DNA of 64,000 nucleotides from Candidatus Woesearchaeota archaeon (GCA_964518625.1 CAZFHC010000001.1:111-64110); one strand, 5' to 3'. Shown: positions 48,568-59,679, numbered from the stretch's first letter. The notes: a model not told the origin generated them from the letters alone. A program made the numbers and translations.

Positions 48568-49233
48568 TTATAGCTTTTTATGACATAACCACCAATCATA
48601 ACATTCAAATTCTCCTGCTGCACTTTTTTCAAGCCTTTCTTTTGCTGTCTTTGTGTCAGTTGCAGGTGGAATGATTACATGATCTCCTACAAGTTCACTA
48701 TTTGGCCAGTTTGCAGGCATTGCTACATTATTTAGATCAGATATTTGCATTGCTTTTACTGATCTTAAAATTTCATCCATATTTCTTCCAAGTTCTTGTG
48801 GATAATAAAAAATTATTCTAATTTTTGAATCTGAATCCACAATAAACACTGCTCTAACTGTGTTTGTTCCTTTCCCTGGATGTATTAATCCTAATGTTTC
48901 AGCAACAGCTCCGGTATCTGCAATAATTGGAAATTCTATTTGAACATCTAATTTTTCTTTAATCCATTCTTCCCACTTAATATGTGCAAATACTTGGTCA
49001 ACACTTAAACCAATAAGATCACAATTCAATTCTTTGAATTGAGAATATCTTTTTTGAAACGCAACAAATTCAGTAGTACAAACTGGAGTAAAATCTGCAG
49101 GATGACTAAATAATACGAACCATTTTCCCTTCATATCTTCTGGCAAATTCATTGAACCATGAGTTGTTTGAACTTGCATTGAAGGGAATTTATCTCCTAA
49201 GAGTGGCATATTGTTTGTTTTTTGTTCTTCCAT
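48568..49233 (-). CDS. Peroxiredoxin (Prx6-like thiol peroxidase)
   Basis: FTPVCTTE peroxidatic Cys motif. The start at 49233 (MEEQK) with an AAAGGAGGA SD 7 nt upstream is preferred over the ORF-track start at 49251. Confidence 0.85.
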   Translation of the reverse strand: MEEQKTNNMPLLGDKFPSMQVQTTHGSMNLPEDMKGKWFVLFSHPADFTPVCTTEFVAFQKRYSQFKELNCDLIGLSVDQVFAHIKWEEWIKEKLDVQIEFPIIADTGAVAETLGLIHPGKGTNTVRAVFIVDSDSKIRIIFYYPQELGRNMDEILRSVKAMQISDLNNVAMPANWPNSELVGDHVIIPPATDTKTAKERLEKSAAGEFECYDWWLCHKKL

Positions 49234-49490
49234 TTTTGTTCCTCCTTTCATTTCTTCATTTTATAATGTATTGAAATTATAAAAATATACTTATTTAAGT
49301 TGTATTTAGTTTTTAAGATGATTGAAGTTTGGTAGAATATTGCTATTTTTTTACAGTACTATTTAATATTTAGAGTCTTCTTTCATCTAGTGATAATTGA
49401 TTCGGCTTACATTTTAGTATATCATTTTTAGATTCGTCTATTGCAATTAGGAAAACCTTATATAATTATTTAATGTTTTAATTCAATAAA

Positions 49491-50129
49491 ATGAAAACTT
49501 TAACTTTTGCTACGATTCTTTTGATTATTTTTTCATTTTTAATTGCATTATATTCTTATTCTGAAATTGATGAAGATATTGTTGCATCTCATTGGAATTC
49601 TGCGGGAGAAATTGACAATTATATGCCTAAATTTATTGGTTTATTTTTATTTCCTTTTATTTTAATTGGATTATATTTGTTATTTATTGGGATTCCCAAA
49701 GTAGATCCATTCAAAAAGAATATTGAATCATTTAGAGATAGTTATGATAAATTTATTTTTATGTTTTTTTTATATATTTTTTATGTTTTTTTATTAAGTA
49801 TTTTAGTTAATTTAGGTTACGAATTAAATATGAATCTTTTTATTATTCCTTCTCTTGGATTGTTATTTTTTTGTATTGGATTATTTATGAAAAAATTTAA
49901 AAGAAATTGGTTTATTGGGATTAGAACTCCATGGACTATTAGTAATGAAAAAGTTTGGATAAAAACTCATGAATTAGGTGCTAAACTTTTCAAAATTTTA
50001 GGAATTATTATTTTATTTAGTATATTCTTTAATCCTGAATATTTGGTCTGGTTTATCCTAATTCCTACATTTATTATCACATTTTGGTTAATATTGTATT
50101 CTTATCTAGAATTTAAAAAATTAAATTAA
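49491..50129 (+). CDS. SdpI/YhfL-family membrane protein with N-terminal DUF1648
   Basis: SHWNSAGEIDNY is the DUF1648 motif. NWFIGIRTPWTISNEKVW is the SdpI-type motif. Confidence 0.5.
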   Translation: MKTLTFATILLIIFSFLIALYSYSEIDEDIVASHWNSAGEIDNYMPKFIGLFLFPFILIGLYLLFIGIPKVDPFKKNIESFRDSYDKFIFMFFLYIFYVFLLSILVNLGYELNMNLFIIPSLGLLFFCIGLFMKKFKRNWFIGIRTPWTISNEKVWIKTHELGAKLFKILGIIILFSIFFNPEYLVWFILIPTFIITFWLILYSYLEFKKLN

Positions 50130-51184
50130 ATTTTTTCTATAAATTTTTTTAACGTTGTTTGATTATTTGATTCGTCTAAAAAATTACTTATTTTTACTCC
50201 TATTAATCTGATTGGCCACTCTTTTTGATAGTTTTGTTTTAATGCTAATTGTGTTATTTCTTTGATTTTTTCTAATGAATTTGTCATAGTATTTATTGAA
50301 TAGTCTCTTGTAATAGTTCTAAAATTTTTATATCGTAATTTTATTGAAATTGTTTTGAAGTATTTTTCTTTTATTCTTGGATGAATATTCTCGCACATTT
50401 CATTTATTGTTTTTTTTAGTTTTTCTATGTCTGTTGTATCTTTAATGAATGTATGTTCTGTTGATATCGATTTTCTACTTTTAGAATGAATTAGTTTTGT
50501 TTTTCTTTCGCCCTTTGCTATTTGTTGATATTTTATCGCTTGTAGTCCCCCGATATCCATTAATTTGAAGATATTTGCTTCTGCTAGATCAGCAATTGTA
50601 TTAATATTCTTGTTATAATATTTACTTACTGATTTTTTCCCTATTCCTGGTATCTTCTTGATATTTAGTGGAGCTAAAAATTCTTTTTGATTTTTTACAA
50701 TTGTGAATCCATTAGGTTTATTGAAATCACTTGCTATTTTTGCTGTTATTCGGCATTCGGCGATTCCTATTGAGCAGGTTAGTTTGGTTTTATTTTTGAC
50801 TGTATCTTTTATATATACTGCCATTTCTTCTAAAGTTTTAAATTGTTTTGCGAATTTTGTTAAATCAAGATATGCTTCATCGACTGAAGTTTGAATTACG
50901 TCATCTGAAAATGTATGTAAGATTTCCATTATCTGATTTGATTCTTTTTTGTATAATTGCATATTAACTGGTAAAAAATTTCCTTTTGGACAAAGTTTTT
51001 TTGCTATTTTGCCTGATGTTGCTGAGAATATACCATATTTTCTTGCTGGATAATTTGCTGCACTTACTACACCTCGTTCTGAGGTTCCTCCTACGATTAC
51101 TGGTGTTCCTTTAAGTTTTGGTTGATATTTTTCTTCACAAGCACAGAAGAAACAGTCCATATCGATATGTCCTATTATAGTCAT
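50126..51184 (-). CDS. dinB: Y-family DNA polymerase IV (DinB/Dpo4)
   Basis: IIGHIDMDCFFCACEEKY...PVIVGG; RGVVSAANYPARKYGI; SVDEAYLD; PGIGKKS. Confidence 0.85.
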   Translation of the reverse strand: MTIIGHIDMDCFFCACEEKYQPKLKGTPVIVGGTSERGVVSAANYPARKYGIFSATSGKIAKKLCPKGNFLPVNMQLYKKESNQIMEILHTFSDDVIQTSVDEAYLDLTKFAKQFKTLEEMAVYIKDTVKNKTKLTCSIGIAECRITAKIASDFNKPNGFTIVKNQKEFLAPLNIKKIPGIGKKSVSKYYNKNINTIADLAEANIFKLMDIGGLQAIKYQQIAKGERKTKLIHSKSRKSISTEHTFIKDTTDIEKLKKTINEMCENIHPRIKEKYFKTISIKLRYKNFRTITRDYSINTMTNSLEKIKEITQLALKQNYQKEWPIRLIGVKISNFLDESNNQTTLKKFIEKI

Positions 51185-51232
51185 CTAAATTTGTGGAGTC
51201 GATTGTTTAAAATTCTGATGATACTTGATATT

Positions 51233-51451
51233 TTATTTATTTGAATTATTTTGATTTTTTTGATTTTTTTTAAATTTGATTAATCCTAAAATTATACCTA
51301 TTGATACAGAAATTGTTATTGAAACATAGGTTGTTAAATGAAGTGATGGATATAATACTGTTAAAAAAGATAAAACTAAGTATAGAAGTACTGTATATGT
51401 GATAAAAAGTCTGTATGGTTTTATTATTTTTTTATAGATATTCTTTTTCAT
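51233..51451 (-). CDS. Small membrane protein
   Basis: 72 aa with two hydrophobic helices. Confidence 0.3.
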   Translation of the reverse strand: MKKNIYKKIIKPYRLFITYTVLLYLVLSFLTVLYPSLHLTTYVSITISVSIGIILGLIKFKKNQKNQNNSNK

Positions 51452-51571
51452 ATAATAAAATAGATTATTCTATTTAAAAAATTTATTCCTCTTCTTGGAT
51501 AATGTTTTTTTATTTTTTTATTTAAAATAACTATCTACTTACTTTAAAAAGGCAGTTTTTGGTATTATTAT

Positions 51572-53080
51572 ATGGAATTTAAATCATTAGGAATAATTGA
51601 ACCTATTTTAGTTGCGCTTGCACAAAAAGGTTATGTAGAGGCGACTCCGATACAGGAAAAAGCTATTCCTTTGTTATTAGAAGGGAAAGATGTTGTTGGG
51701 ATTGCTCAAACTGGTACTGGTAAGACTGCTGCATTTAGTATTCCTGTTTTACAAAAATTAAGTGAGAATCGTAGTAATGGACAGGGTCCAAGAGCTTTAA
51801 TATTGGCTCCTACACGAGAACTTGCTGCGCAAATAGTTGAAGAATTCAAGGTTTATGGTAAATTATTGGATTTTACTTATCTTGCTGTTTATGGTGGAGT
51901 TGGAATAATCCCTCAGATTAAGTCTTTGAAACGAGGAGTAGATATTTTGATTGCTACACCTGGTAGACTTCTTGATTTGATTAATCAAAAAAAGGTTAGT
52001 TTGACTAATGTTGAGTTTTTAGTTTTGGATGAGGCAGATAGAATGCTTGATATGGGATTTTTAAAAGATGTTGATAAAATTGTAAAGATGGTTCCAGAAA
52101 AGAAACAAACTTTATTCTTTTCGGCTACTATGTCTAAGGAAATTAATGAATTAAGTAAAAGATTTTTAGATGATCCTGTGAAGATTGAAATCACTCCACA
52201 ATCTACGCCTATTGATAAAATAGAGCAGTGTGTATTTTTTGTTGATAAAGAGCATAAAGATGAATTATTGCTAGATTTGATTGAACAACAAAAAATGAGT
52301 TGTGTTTTGGTCTTTGTGGGGATGAAACATAGGGCAAATAAGGTAGCTATGATATTAAGTCGTAATGGTATTTGGACTTCCGCTATTCATGGAAATAAAA
52401 CTCAAATTCAAAGAGAAAAAGCTTTGAGAGATTTTAAGTCTGGTAAAATTAAGGTTTTGGTTGCTACTGATATTGCTGCAAGAGGAATTGATGTTCAAAA
52501 TATTAGTCATGTTATTAATTATGATTTACCTAATGAATCTGAAAATTATGTTCATCGTATTGGGCGTACTGCAAGAGCTGGAAATGATGGTGTTGCATAT
52601 TCTTTTTGTTCAGCTGAAGATAGAAATTATTTAAATCAAATTGAGAGAATTATTAAGAAAAAAATTGAGCAAGCAGAACATAAATGGCATTCTATTAATG
52701 CTAAAAATGCTAAAGGAGTTAATGCAAAACCTAGATCGAGAAGTGGTAGTGGGAGCAGAGGTCCAGGAAGAAGTAGTAATAGTCGTTCATATAGCCGAGA
52801 TAGAAATAGTAGTCCTAGTCGAAGTAGAGATGGTAGAGATAGTCATTCTAGAGGAAGTAGTTATGGAAAATCTAATGGAGATAATTCAAGTTCTGGAAGA
52901 GTAAGAGCTGGTAGAACAAGTTCTAGAAGTGATGATTCAAGGTCTAGAAGTAGTGGATATCGTAGAGGAAGTTCTTCATCATCAGGTTCAAGTGGTTTTA
53001 GGGGAAGGACATCTAGAGATCAAGGAAGATCGTCTGGTTCTAGAAGAGTTGCAATGGGTAGAACAAGTAATAGAAGATAA
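51572..53080 (+). CDS. DEAD-box ATP-dependent RNA helicase with about 130-aa Arg/Ser/Gly-rich low-complexity C-terminal tail
   Basis: Q motif (ATPIQEKAIP), AQTGTGKT, PTRELA, the DEAD box in VLDEADRM, SAT, HRIGRTARAG. The tail is RS/RG repeats. Confidence 0.9.
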   Translation: MEFKSLGIIEPILVALAQKGYVEATPIQEKAIPLLLEGKDVVGIAQTGTGKTAAFSIPVLQKLSENRSNGQGPRALILAPTRELAAQIVEEFKVYGKLLDFTYLAVYGGVGIIPQIKSLKRGVDILIATPGRLLDLINQKKVSLTNVEFLVLDEADRMLDMGFLKDVDKIVKMVPEKKQTLFFSATMSKEINELSKRFLDDPVKIEITPQSTPIDKIEQCVFFVDKEHKDELLLDLIEQQKMSCVLVFVGMKHRANKVAMILSRNGIWTSAIHGNKTQIQREKALRDFKSGKIKVLVATDIAARGIDVQNISHVINYDLPNESENYVHRIGRTARAGNDGVAYSFCSAEDRNYLNQIERIIKKKIEQAEHKWHSINAKNAKGVNAKPRSRSGSGSRGPGRSSNSRSYSRDRNSSPSRSRDGRDSHSRGSSYGKSNGDNSSSGRVRAGRTSSRSDDSRSRSSGYRRGSSSSSGSSGFRGRTSRDQGRSSGSRRVAMGRTSNRR

Positions 53081-53153
53081 TTAAGAATTTTAGATTTATT
53101 ATTATAAAAAATATTTAGGATAATTACTTATACCAATAAAAACTTATATATTT

Positions 53154-53858
53154 ATGGATGAATTAAAACGTATTAATAAGTATATTAGCGAATCCGGAAT
53201 GTGTTCAAGACGTGCTGCTGATGATTTAATTGAGAGGGGTCATGTTTTAGTTAATGGAAAAGTTGCGACAATTGGTACAAAAATTTCAATTACTGATAAT
53301 GTTTCTGTAGATGGAAAATTAATCAATACTAATATTAAAAAAATCTATTTGGCTTTTAATAAACCTATTTTAGTTACTTGTACTACTGATTCTCGTGATC
53401 CAGATAATATTATAGATTTTATTGGATATAAGGAAAGGATTTTCCCTATTGGTAGACTTGATAAGATGTCTGAAGGATTGATTTTTTTGACTAATGATGG
53501 TGATATCGTAAATAAGATTCTTCGTTCAGAAAATAAGAAAGAGAAAGAATATATTGTAAAAGTTGACAAAGGAATAACGAAAGATTTTTTGGATAAAATG
53601 TCTAGAGGTGTTAAAATTTTAAATACTATAACCATGGAATGTAAAATCTATAAAATAAATAAATATGAATTTGGAATTATTTTGACTCAAGGTATTAATA
53701 GACAAATTCGGCGAATGTGTGAAGTTCTGGGATATAGAGTTAAACAATTAAAGCGTATTAGAATAATGAATATAGAATTAGAGAATCTTGGTGTTGGAAA
53801 ATTAAAAGTTTTAAGAGATTCTGAGGTAAAAGGATTGTTGAATAACTTATCTGGTTAA
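53154..53858 (+). CDS. RsuA/RluB-family pseudouridine synthase (second copy)
   Basis: S4-like N-terminus (RINKYISESGMCSRRAADDLIERGHVLVNG). The catalytic IGRLDKMSEGLIFLTNDGD. Confidence 0.75.
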   Translation: MDELKRINKYISESGMCSRRAADDLIERGHVLVNGKVATIGTKISITDNVSVDGKLINTNIKKIYLAFNKPILVTCTTDSRDPDNIIDFIGYKERIFPIGRLDKMSEGLIFLTNDGDIVNKILRSENKKEKEYIVKVDKGITKDFLDKMSRGVKILNTITMECKIYKINKYEFGIILTQGINRQIRRMCEVLGYRVKQLKRIRIMNIELENLGVGKLKVLRDSEVKGLLNNLSG

Positions 53859-54132
53859 GATTCTATATTATAATATACGTCATATAAATGGAAGGAAAAA
53901 CTTCTAAACTGTTTAATTATTTAAAATAATAAAAATGAGAGCACAAATTTTTACGTTACCTCTCTCAAGCTTAGCCGAAACCAAACATACAGCCAGGTTG
54001 AAGTTAAAAAGGTAACAACAAATGAGCTGAACATAATCATAATAAATATTAAACTATTTAAACACTCCGAAAGTAAAACATTGGTATTTTTCAATTCTAA
54101 AATTATATAAAACCTGTTATTTAATAATCTCT

Positions 54133-54855
54133 ATGGAGTATAAGGCTTATAGTTTTGATTTAGATGATAACTTGTTAAAGTTGCCAACTTGCGTTTCCTT
54201 AAGAGACAAAAGTAATAATATACAAGAATTTTCAACTTTGGAATTTGAAAAAATTCGACCAAATTTAGAGAAGTTGAATCTTTATATTACCAAAAATTCC
54301 TTTAAGCAATTTTCTGATGACAATCAATTTATTATTGATATAAATAAAGCTACTAAGTGTGGTAGTTGGAGAAATCTAGAAAAATGTATTATTAAACATA
54401 CTAGTATTTTCGCTATTATAACGGCCCGAGGACATAGTATTGAGACAATTAAGGCTGGTATTAATATTGCTATTTTTAAAAATATCTCTAAAGAAAATTT
54501 GGAAATCTTCAGACTAAATTTTTTAGAGAAGTATAATATAAAATTAAAAGATACTAGCTTAAAAAATGTAATGAGTGAATATTTGAATCTATGTAAATTT
54601 TATCCTGTAAACAATAAGGAAATTAAAAAAGAATTTGGAAGCAATGATATTAGTGAATTGAAATCGCTTTGTTTTCAAGAATTTAGGAATTATATTCTAA
54701 AATATGTTAAAGATAATTTTGAGAAAGATATGAAAGTGAAAATTGGATTTAGTGATGATTCCACCTCTCATTTAGATAGAATGGTTCATGATGCATTAAA
54801 AAAACATGGTTTGTTTTTTTATAAGTCTGATAAGACCGGAAAAACGAGATATTAA
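54133..54855 (+). CDS. HAD-superfamily hydrolase-like protein
   Basis: YSFDLDDNLL resembles HAD motif I (DxDx[T/N]). IITARGHS resembles motif II. Confidence 0.35.
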   Translation: MEYKAYSFDLDDNLLKLPTCVSLRDKSNNIQEFSTLEFEKIRPNLEKLNLYITKNSFKQFSDDNQFIIDINKATKCGSWRNLEKCIIKHTSIFAIITARGHSIETIKAGINIAIFKNISKENLEIFRLNFLEKYNIKLKDTSLKNVMSEYLNLCKFYPVNNKEIKKEFGSNDISELKSLCFQEFRNYILKYVKDNFEKDMKVKIGFSDDSTSHLDRMVHDALKKHGLFFYKSDKTGKTRY

Positions 54856-54905
54856 TTCATTAAACAAGAACGTTCTACACTAATAAATATAAATTATAAC
54901 AAAAA

Positions 54906-56651
54906 CTATTTTTTATCTTCGGCTGCTTTAGCTGCATTCTCGTAAATCTTGATTCCAATCTCTTCAGAAGCACTTTTAAAATAATCAATTTCATCGTGAA
55001 TTTTTTTTGTCTTGCCAGATTCAATAGCTTTAACTAAGAATCCCATTGCATCTTCAACTTTAGTAATTGTTGCAGAATCTATTTTATCTTTATACTCCGC
55101 TATCATCTTCAAAGTTGAATAAATAATTCCTTCAGCTTCGTTTTTTGCTAATATAAAATCTCTCTTTGCTTCATCTTCAGCCTTATGATCCTTAGAATCT
55201 TTAATCATTTTCTGAATTTGTTCTTCTGATAATGATCCACCTGTTACAGTAATCTTTTGTTCTTTACCTGTTCCAAGGTCTTTAGCAGAGACATTAACTA
55301 TACCATTAGTATCAATATCGAAAGTTACTTCAACTTGAGGTATTCCTCGTGGTACTGGTAAAATACCAGCTAATTCAAATGTCCCTAAAGATTGATTGTC
55401 TGCAGCAAATTCTCTTTCTCCCTGTAAAACATTAATTGTAACTGTCTCTTGATAATCAACAGTTGTTGTAAATATATCACTCTTCTTTGTTGGGATTGTA
55501 GTGTTTCTGTCAATTAATGTTGATTTTAAACCACCATCTACTTCAATTCCAAGTGTTAATGAGGTTACATCAAGAAGTAAAATATCCTGAATATCACCGC
55601 TAATAATTGCACCTTGAATTACAGCACCTAATGAAACAGCTTCATCTGGATTAATAGAATTATCAGGAGCCATACCTGTCATCTCTTCAACGATTTCTTT
55701 AACCTTAGGAATTCTAGTACTTCCACCGACTAAAATTACTTTATCAATTTTAGGTGATTTAGCATCTTTGATTGCTTGCGTAATTGGAGCTTTTAATCTT
55801 TCGAAAATTGATTCACAAATTTCTTCAAATTTTTCTCTAGTTAAATCAATATCTAAATGTTTTGCACCATTATCATTTGTAATGATATAAGGAATCGCAA
55901 TATTTGTCTTTACTGAAGAACTTAATTCAATTTTTGCATTTTCTGCAGCTTCTCGTAATCTTTGTAATGCAATTAGATCAGAAGATAAATCAATATCATT
56001 TTCTTTTTTAAATTCTTCAATCATATAATCAATTAAAGCATTATCAATATCATCACCACCAAGATAATTATCTCCGCTTGTAGATTTAACCTCAAAAACT
56101 CCACCACCTAATTCTAAAATAGAAACATCGAATGTTCCACCACCAAAATCAAAGACTAAGATAGTATGATCATATTCTTCTTTAAGACCGTATGCTAAAG
56201 CAGCTGCTGTTGGTTCATTTATAATTCTTTTAACGTTTAAACCAGCAATAACACCTGCATCTTTTGTTGCATTTCTTTGTGCATCTCCAAAATAAGCAGG
56301 GACTGTAATTACAGCATCAGTTACTTCATGACCTAAATATTCTTCAGCGTCTTTTTTTAATTTTTTTAGAATCATAGCTGATATTTGTTCTGGGGAATAT
56401 TCTTTTTCACCAACCTTGGTTATTTTTTTAGTACCCATAAGTCTCTTAATACTTCTAATTGTTCCTTTTGGATTTGCGACTGCTCCTCTCTTTGCTATAT
56501 CACCAACAACAACTTTATCTTCTTCAATAGAAACTACGCTAGGAGTAGTATTATGCCCTTCTGTATTTTTGATTATTTTTGGTACACCACCTTCCATAAC
56601 GCTAACCGCGGAAAAAGTAGTACCTAAATCAATTCCAATTATTTTACTCAT
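54906..56651 (-). CDS. dnaK: Chaperone DnaK (Hsp70)
   Basis: [15 protein letters not shown]; [12 protein letters not shown]; [13 protein letters not shown]; C-terminal lid. Confidence 0.95.
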   Translation of the reverse strand: MSKIIGIDLGTTFSAVSVMEGGVPKIIKNTEGHNTTPSVVSIEEDKVVVGDIAKRGAVANPKGTIRSIKRLMGTKKITKVGEKEYSPEQISAMILKKLKKDAEEYLGHEVTDAVITVPAYFGDAQRNATKDAGVIAGLNVKRIINEPTAAALAYGLKEEYDHTILVFDFGGGTFDVSILELGGGVFEVKSTSGDNYLGGDDIDNALIDYMIEEFKKENDIDLSSDLIALQRLREAAENAKIELSSSVKTNIAIPYIITNDNGAKHLDIDLTREKFEEICESIFERLKAPITQAIKDAKSPKIDKVILVGGSTRIPKVKEIVEEMTGMAPDNSINPDEAVSLGAVIQGAIISGDIQDILLLDVTSLTLGIEVDGGLKSTLIDRNTTIPTKKSDIFTTTVDYQETVTINVLQGEREFAADNQSLGTFELAGILPVPRGIPQVEVTFDIDTNGIVNVSAKDLGTGKEQKITVTGGSLSEEQIQKMIKDSKDHKAEDEAKRDFILAKNEAEGIIYSTLKMIAEYKDKIDSATITKVEDAMGFLVKAIESGKTKKIHDEIDYFKSASEEIGIKIYENAAKAAEDKK

Positions 56652-57088
56652 TGTGTTACCTTTACAATCTTAACTTTTGAAGCCCTTAAAAGCTTATCGT
56701 TTAGTAGATATCCTTTCTGAATCTCTTCAATGATTTTCCCATCCTTTTTACCAGGAACTTGCATTATTGCTTCATGGACATTTGGATTAAAAGTGTTGGT
56801 AGTATTAATATATTTAAGTCCATTCCTTTCTAAAATTTTAGTGAATTGGTTGTAGATTAGTTTAACTCCTTTGTCTTTACTATGTTTAAAAGATAATTCA
56901 AGGTTGTCTAAGACATCAAGCAATTGTAATACGAGATTTGCATTTGCATTTGCTAAGATATCTGTGTTTTCTTTCTCTGTTCTTTTACGAAAATTTTCAA
57001 ACTCAGCTTGCATTCGCTGTAGTCTTTCAATAAGTTCTTCTTTTGTTGGCTCTTTATTTTTTTCTTCTACCATATATTCTTTTCTCAA
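56648..57088 (-). CDS. grpE: Nucleotide exchange factor GrpE
   Basis: 146 aa. A coiled-coil N-terminus and GrpE-type beta C-terminus (GKIIEEIQKGYLLNDKLLRASKVKV). Overlaps the dnaK start. Confidence 0.75.
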   Translation of the reverse strand: MRKEYMVEEKNKEPTKEELIERLQRMQAEFENFRKRTEKENTDILANANANLVLQLLDVLDNLELSFKHSKDKGVKLIYNQFTKILERNGLKYINTTNTFNPNVHEAIMQVPGKKDGKIIEEIQKGYLLNDKLLRASKVKIVKVTQ

Positions 57089-57159
57089 AAGCCTCTTTTA
57101 AGGCTTATGTTAGTGTCCATGACAGAAATCATTTGTATGCTCAAACTTAAAAACCCAAA

Positions 57160-57708
57160 ATGAACTATATTATTATGTTAAAAATAAAAGGTAACGAAAT
57201 TGAAGAACCAAGTATTACAAACTCATTTGGTCGTAGAGCAGTCCAGCTTCAGAATAAAATTATAAATGTATTAAAGCAATTGGGAGTTGATCGTGATTAT
57301 GTAGATTTAAAGATAGAGAATATTCCGCAAAAGAAAGCTCCAGCTTCGGTATCATGGTATTATAATGGTCGTAATTTGAAATATACTTATTCACTTATGC
57401 CAAGATTTATTGAAAATCTTTATGTTATTAATAAAGTTCTAACATTAGAAGTCGAAAAATTGTTATCAGGAGAAATCACAAAAGATAAATTTGGTAGAGA
57501 ATTCTCTGAAGATGATAATTTATCTGATCAATTAACAGAAGCAAGAAAAACATTAGAAGTTAGTCCAACAGAAACTGATTTTGAAGTTATAAGTAAAAGT
57601 TACAAAAAACTCGCAAGAAAATATCATCCAGATATGTCTACTGGAGATCATAAACTATTTTTGGAAATTAATGCTGCACATAAATTGATTAATAAAGAAT
57701 TAAATTAA
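57160..57708 (+). CDS. J-domain protein with the J domain at the C-terminus (non-canonical DnaJ-like co-chaperone)
   Basis: The C-terminal DFEVISKSYKKLARKYHPDMSTGDHKLFLEINAAHKLI carries the HPD tripeptide in J-domain helix II/III context. No Zn-finger or DnaJ C-terminal domains. Confidence 0.55.
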   Translation: MNYIIMLKIKGNEIEEPSITNSFGRRAVQLQNKIINVLKQLGVDRDYVDLKIENIPQKKAPASVSWYYNGRNLKYTYSLMPRFIENLYVINKVLTLEVEKLLSGEITKDKFGREFSEDDNLSDQLTEARKTLEVSPTETDFEVISKSYKKLARKYHPDMSTGDHKLFLEINAAHKLINKELN

Positions 57709-57926
57709 ATCTTGATTTATAAAAATTCTTCTAGACATTTCTATACTAAATTAAATAATTAAATAAACACAATCTTGGATAATTTTATATTAAAAATTAC
57801 TTTTAAATCTCTGAAACGACTTTGGTATACCAAATGTCTCTACTAGACACTGACGACTTTATTGAACAAAACTTATAAGCAGATAAAGACTTTAATATAT
57901 ACATTAAATAGTATATAATACACAAT

Positions 57927-58193
57927 ATGGAAAAAAACTTTAATTTGTTCTTCAGAAGAAAGCCAGCAATGATGTTGATTGCTTTGAAAAAAGGGAGTAG
58001 AGCTAAATATGGTTCCCAATTGGCAAAAGAAATTGATTGTACATATTCTCATGCTGTAAAAATTTTACAGACATTAGAGAAGATTGGACTTGTCTCCTTT
58101 GAAAAAACAGGAAGAGTCAAGATAATTAATCTGGCCAAGAAGGGTGCTGATGTAGCAACTCATATAGAAGCAATAAAAAAAATAGTTGAATAA
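57927..58193 (+). CDS. Small winged-helix DNA-binding protein
   Basis: 88 aa with an HTH-like segment (GSQLAKEIDCTYSHAVKILQTLEKIGLV). Confidence 0.4.
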   Translation: MEKNFNLFFRRKPAMMLIALKKGSRAKYGSQLAKEIDCTYSHAVKILQTLEKIGLVSFEKTGRVKIINLAKKGADVATHIEAIKKIVE

Positions 58194-58268
58194 ACTAAAT
58201 AATTTATCTGAAAATTATTAATCCAAATTATATTTTTAGTATTATAAACTTATTTTATGGTTTTTATT

Positions 58269-59540
58269 TTAAGAAATTGATTCTATAATCTCATCTTTTA
58301 TGTCATCGTTAAACCCAGAGTAAGCCTTGTCTTTAATAAAAATTATTGGATAATATTCAAACATTTTAGAGACACCTTCACTAGATTCATAAATATCTTT
58401 AACTTCGCCCAAATTAATGTAAAAATTTTCATCTGTTGTTAAGTGTTGCTCAAAAGAATAATCAATGGTGTCAATAAACTCAAGTGCCTCAAGACACATT
58501 GGCCCTTCCCCATTGTGATACATAACTATTTTTTCTCCAACATATTCCTTAGTTATCTCTTTAGTTATCTCTTCACTTGATAATTTACCAATATTAATAA
58601 CAGCACAAGGATTTTGAACTTTTTGTTCATCTTCATAAGAAGTTGCCTCTTGCAATTTTTCTACAGTATATGGTGAATTTTTATTCAAAGGAATTTGCCA
58701 TAATGGAATTATCCAATCAGGATTTTCCATAAACGTATCTAAATTAACCCATTCCACTTTTGATGTATCCCAAAATCCGGTCCACATATCCATCCAAGGT
58801 TTTAGATATCCACCAATTCTCGTATGGGAAACCGGAGTGATTTTATTAGTTTCTCCAAACCTTTCTTTTTCTTTATCTGTAAGTGGTTCTACCGCTCTAT
58901 TTAATTCTTCTAACATATCATAAGGGGAACCTCCTCTTTCAAAAAAGGAATAATCACAAAGACTTCCATATTTGAATGTTACTAAGGGAATATTTGAAAC
59001 AGATAATACTTTTATATTATATCCTTCTGGTTGATAAACTGTTGCTTTTGTATCAGTAGTTCCTCTTGCTGTAATATATGGTATTCCCAATTCTTCTGCA
59101 ACTTTTATTGTAGTCAAATCTGAAGCCATATAACGTGAAGATATAATTCTTACTGGAACACCAGTACAAGACTCTATTCCATCAACCATTTCAATTATTC
59201 TTGATTTTTGATCTTCATAGGAAATATCCCAGAAAGGACCTTGAACATTACTCGCAACTATTTCAACATCATGTTTTATTATTTCTTTAATATCTTCACA
59301 ATTCTCTTGAACAAATTCTGGTGTAACCATTAAAAGCCCAGAAATATTTCTTTTTTCCAATTCATTAACAAAATTACTTAATCCTACAGTATCTTGATAT
59401 TCAATAAGAATCATAATCCCCTGTGTAGTCTCAGACTCTTTTTCTATTGGGAAATAAGTAAAAGAAACATAAGAAATTATAGAAATCATAATAACAACTA
59501 TTACTGTTATTAATATTTGATTTAATTTCTTTGCTTTCAT
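58269..59540 (-). CDS. Membrane-anchored extracytoplasmic protein of unknown function
   Basis: The start at MKAKKLNQ (59540), with a TM ILITVIVVIMISIISYVSF, is preferred. Large soluble domain with no motif I can name. Confidence 0.4.
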   Translation of the reverse strand: MKAKKLNQILITVIVVIMISIISYVSFTYFPIEKESETTQGIMILIEYQDTVGLSNFVNELEKRNISGLLMVTPEFVQENCEDIKEIIKHDVEIVASNVQGPFWDISYEDQKSRIIEMVDGIESCTGVPVRIISSRYMASDLTTIKVAEELGIPYITARGTTDTKATVYQPEGYNIKVLSVSNIPLVTFKYGSLCDYSFFERGGSPYDMLEELNRAVEPLTDKEKERFGETNKITPVSHTRIGGYLKPWMDMWTGFWDTSKVEWVNLDTFMENPDWIIPLWQIPLNKNSPYTVEKLQEATSYEDEQKVQNPCAVINIGKLSSEEITKEITKEYVGEKIVMYHNGEGPMCLEALEFIDTIDYSFEQHLTTDENFYINLGEVKDIYESSEGVSKMFEYYPIIFIKDKAYSGFNDDIKDEIIESIS

Positions 59541-59679
59541 CTTTCTTACTTCTAGTTGATATAATAATAAGTATAAAAAGATATCCTTAATTAAAACAAG
59601 TATAATCACTAGAAATAATATTAATATATTTATTATGATAAAGTATTAAAAGAGCAAGTTCTACTAATTATTATATAAA

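Noticed and set aside
57780-57870. Possible C/D-box sRNA in the 218-bp spacer upstream of 57927 (two CTGA boxes, ACGACTTT direct repeat)
   Set aside because: There is no C box (RUGAUGA) or terminal stem. The spacing is not consistent with archaeal C/D sRNAs.
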